A stretch of 64,000 bases of DNA, from the IMG/VR virus record IMGVR_UViG_3300043409_001318, positions 32,001-96,000 of that record. One strand, written 5' to 3'. A program made the translations under genes and the position numbers. The DNA is from a virus. This document shows, piece by piece, positions 61,271-64,000 of the stretch; the stretch's first letter is position 1, and every line of letters begins with the position of its first letter. The notes beneath the pieces are model-generated. The model was not told where the DNA came from and did no database searches. It saw only the letters and a program-made list of their open reading frames with translations.

Positions 61271-62515
61271 ATGAAAAAAATTAAAGTGTTGACAATGAGT
61301 GACCATCCTTTTTCTCCCTCTGGTGTTGGTCACATGGCTAAGAATTTTATTGAGGGATTATTAAATACTGGAAAGTATCAATTTATCTCTCTTGGTGGTG
61401 CAGTTAAGCATCAAGATTATAGACCACAAAAGACAGAACAATGGGGAGACAATTGGATTGTATTTCCTGTTGATGGATATGGTAATAAAGATATGATCCG
61501 TTCAATTATGAGAACAGAAAAACCAGATGTTGTTTGGTTTATGACTGATCCACGTTTTTGGGGATGGTTATGGGAGATGGAAAATGAAATTAGACCAAAT
61601 ATTCCTTTGGTTTATTACCATGTTTGGGATAACTACCCATATCCAACCTTTAATCGTAAGTTCTATCTTTCAAATGATCATATTGCTACTATCTCTAAGC
61701 TTACAGATGATATTGTGGCTACCGTAGCACCAGAAGTTCCAAGAACTTATGTTCCACACGCAGTTGATACTAATATCTTCAAGAGACTACCAGCAGAAGA
61801 GATTGTTAAATTTAAGAAAGAGAACTTAAAGATTGAAGATGATAGATTGATCTTCTTCTGGAACAATAGAAACGCAAGACGTAAACAATCTGGTTCACTT
61901 CTATGGTGGTTTGCTGAATTCTTAAAGAAAGGAACAAAAGCAACCCTAATCATGCATACAGATCCAAGAGATATGCACGGACAAGACCTCCACGCTATTA
62001 TGAAGGAATTAAAACTTGTAAATAGAGAAGTTCTTATCTCCGAACAAAAAGTTCCATCACAAAATCTTGCTTATTTCTATAATGCTGCTGATGCTACTAT
62101 CAATATCTCCGATGCAGAGGGATTTGGTCTTGCTACACTTGAATCACTTGCTTGTGAAACACCAATTATAGTGACTAAGACAGGTGGACTTCAAGATCAA
62201 ATAAGAAATGGTAACCAATTGTTTGGTATTGAGATTATTCCAGCCTCACAAGCAATAATTGGTTCACAAGAAGTTCCATTTATCTATGAAGATAGAATTA
62301 GCCAAGAACAAATGGTTGGTGCTCTTCAAACATTTACAGAAATTCCAAAAGAAACAAGAAAGTTAATTGGACAAGCAGGTAGACAACACGTTATAGATAA
62401 TTTCAACTTTACAGATTTTATTAATCGTTGGGATACTATCTTAACTGACACTTATAACAAAGGTGTTTGGCCTAATAAATCTTACAAAGGTTGGGAGCTT
62501 AAAGAAATCGCATGA
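61271..62515 (+). CDS. GT-B glycosyltransferase (family 4-like)
   Basis: NRNARRK, EGFGLATLESLACETPII. Confidence 0.92.
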   Translation: MKKIKVLTMSDHPFSPSGVGHMAKNFIEGLLNTGKYQFISLGGAVKHQDYRPQKTEQWGDNWIVFPVDGYGNKDMIRSIMRTEKPDVVWFMTDPRFWGWLWEMENEIRPNIPLVYYHVWDNYPYPTFNRKFYLSNDHIATISKLTDDIVATVAPEVPRTYVPHAVDTNIFKRLPAEEIVKFKKENLKIEDDRLIFFWNNRNARRKQSGSLLWWFAEFLKKGTKATLIMHTDPRDMHGQDLHAIMKELKLVNREVLISEQKVPSQNLAYFYNAADATINISDAEGFGLATLESLACETPIIVTKTGGLQDQIRNGNQLFGIEIIPASQAIIGSQEVPFIYEDRISQEQMVGALQTFTEIPKETRKLIGQAGRQHVIDNFNFTDFINRWDTILTDTYNKGVWPNKSYKGWELKEIA

Positions 62516-63780
62516 AAAAGAAATTATTAGTTACAGGACCAGCTTTAACTGCTTCTGGTTATGGTGAGCAGTCCAGATTTGCCCTTAGAGCCCTTCGTTC
62601 AAGAGAAGACCTATTCGATATCTACCTTACTCCTACTTCTTGGGGACAATGTGGATGGATACATGAAGATAATGAAGAACGTGCTTGGATTGATAGTATA
62701 ATCATGAAAACGGTTCAATATACGCAAGTTTGCAACAATCAACCACAATATGATATGTCTTTACAAGTCACTATTCCAAATGAATGGAAGAAGATGGCTC
62801 CAATCAATATTGGTTATACAGCAGGAATTGAAACAAGCAAGATTTCTCCTCATTGGATTAATCCATCAAATCAAATGGATAAAATTATTGTTGTTTCAAG
62901 TTTTGCGAAGAAAGGATTTGAAAATGGCGTTTATACCGCAACAGATCAAGCAACAGGTCAACAAGTTCCTAACTATAAAGTAAATATACCAATTGAAGTA
63001 GTTAATTATGCTTCAAGAAAAATTGATGGTGTAGAACTTGATTTAAATCTTACAACAGATTTCAATTTTCTTGTAGTTGCTCAAGCAGGACCAAGAAAGA
63101 ACTTAGCAAATACTATCAAATGGTTTGTTGAAGAGTTTAAGAATGATAATGTAGGTTTGATTTGTAAAACCCATCTTGGTGGTTCTTCTCAAATTGATCG
63201 AGAAGCAATAACAAATAATCTAAAACAAATGGAACAACATAAAGATAGAAAATGTAAAGTTTATCTTCTTCATGGTGATATGAGTGAAGGAGAAATGACT
63301 TCTCTTTATACCCATCCAAAAGTTAAAGCATTAGTATCTCTATCTCATGGTGAAGGCTTTGGTTTGCCCTTGTTTGAAGCAGCAGGATTAGGACTTCCAG
63401 TAATCACAACTGAATGGTCTGGTCATACAGATTTTATGTATTGCCCAAACAAAGAAGGAAAAGTTAAACCACATTTTGCAAGAGTAGATTTCACACTTGG
63501 TCCTGTCCAGCCAGAAGCATTATGGGAAGGGGTAATAGAAAAAGATACTATGTGGTCATTCCCTGTTGGAAACTCTGCCAAAAGTGAAATGAGAGTGGTT
63601 TACAAGGATTGGGATAGATACCGTGGACAAGCAAAACGTCTTGCCCTTCATATCGAGAAAGAGTTTGCAGCAGAGAAGATTTATGAACATTTTATTAACT
63701 TTCTTACAAAAGAAGAAAAATATGATTTAAATAATTGGATTAAAAATTTTAATGAGCAACAAGTAATAACACATGGGTAA
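62512..63780 (+). CDS. GT-B glycosyltransferase (family 4-like)
   Basis: SGYG, RKN, HGEGFGLPLFEAA..GLPVI..WSGH.DF. Confidence 0.92.
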   Translation: MKKKLLVTGPALTASGYGEQSRFALRALRSREDLFDIYLTPTSWGQCGWIHEDNEERAWIDSIIMKTVQYTQVCNNQPQYDMSLQVTIPNEWKKMAPINIGYTAGIETSKISPHWINPSNQMDKIIVVSSFAKKGFENGVYTATDQATGQQVPNYKVNIPIEVVNYASRKIDGVELDLNLTTDFNFLVVAQAGPRKNLANTIKWFVEEFKNDNVGLICKTHLGGSSQIDREAITNNLKQMEQHKDRKCKVYLLHGDMSEGEMTSLYTHPKVKALVSLSHGEGFGLPLFEAAGLGLPVITTEWSGHTDFMYCPNKEGKVKPHFARVDFTLGPVQPEALWEGVIEKDTMWSFPVGNSAKSEMRVVYKDWDRYRGQAKRLALHIEKEFAAEKIYEHFINFLTKEEKYDLNNWIKNFNEQQVITHG

Positions 63781-64000
63781 AATTGTTTATGTCTCAGACT
63801 ATTTTTCAAGTGAAATAAATGGTGGTGGTGAATTAAATGACAATGAATTAATAAATATCTTTTTATCAAAAGATATTGAAATTTTAAAGTTGAAATCTAG
63901 TAATGTAAAACTACCAATATTAAAACAAATAAACAATATACCAATTATTATTTCTAATTTTATAAATCTTGATTCTGAATGTATTGCATATTTGCAGGAG
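63773..64000 (+). CDS. probable glycosyltransferase-cluster protein, 3' truncated
   Basis: MGKIVYVSDYF..GGGELND; open to the window end. Confidence 0.6.
   Translation, partial: MGKIVYVSDYFSSEINGGGELNDNELINIFLSKDIEILKLKSSNVKLPILKQINNIPIIISNFINLDSECIAYLQE

Noticed and set aside
715-63869. Numerous minus-strand and off-frame ORFs in the track (e.g. 982-1365, 32597-33367, 33289-33966, 39113-39703)
   Set aside because: They are shadows of well-supported plus-strand genes with no RBS or motifs; only 19444-19800 and 47355-48329 are accepted on the minus strand.
1-64000. CRISPR array or guide-RNA-type array
   Set aside because: No run of equal-length repeats with regular spacers; the repeats found are promoter/RBS or gene-junction elements.
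1-64000. Stop-codon recoding (TAG/TGA), as in some large phages
   Set aside because: Recognisable genes are full length in code 11 and end in TAA, TAG or TGA; there is no suppressor tRNA. The TGA-anticodon tRNA is an ordinary Ser tRNA.

Overview
A 64 kb segment of a large (jumbo/huge-type) dsDNA bacteriophage genome in the standard genetic code, almost entirely + strand and AT-rich overall. The phage assignment rests on dense co-oriented ORFs with TAATG/ATGA overlaps, an 11-tRNA array with encoded CCA, phage-typical genes (GroEL, Hsp20, tdk, dCMP deaminase, PhoH, endonuclease VII, HNH, MoxR+VWA, GH46-like lysin) and no cellular housekeeping synteny. Two regulatory programmes are visible. (i) About 15.5-40 kb is a putative early/host-takeover region driven by more than 25 sigma70-like promoter+RBS cassettes. 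It holds more than 30 small SH3/KOW-like genes with shared junction sequences, retroviral-type zinc knuckles, acidic peptides, the tRNAs and a restriction-modification pair. (ii) About 2.3-15 kb and 40.3-58 kb hold genes preceded by a conserved ACTAWTTA motif (putative late promoter). Many of their proteins begin with a shared ENW..Y/FxxE or LxE-type leader that looks like a capsid-targeting propeptide, including a HAD phosphatase, a Pol-beta-type nucleotidyltransferase, two atypical kinases, a DEDDh exonuclease and three tandem ~100 kDa paralogues. Top leads: a possible virion-preloaded enzyme toolkit, an unannotated ~230-nt structured RNA before tdk (6S-like architecture), a cassette-shuffled small beta-barrel gene library, and an origin/terminus-like C-tract with iteron-like repeats at the early/late boundary. 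No CRISPR array, rRNA, integrase or reverse transcriptase was seen. All family assignments come from motif recognition by eye; no searches were run.
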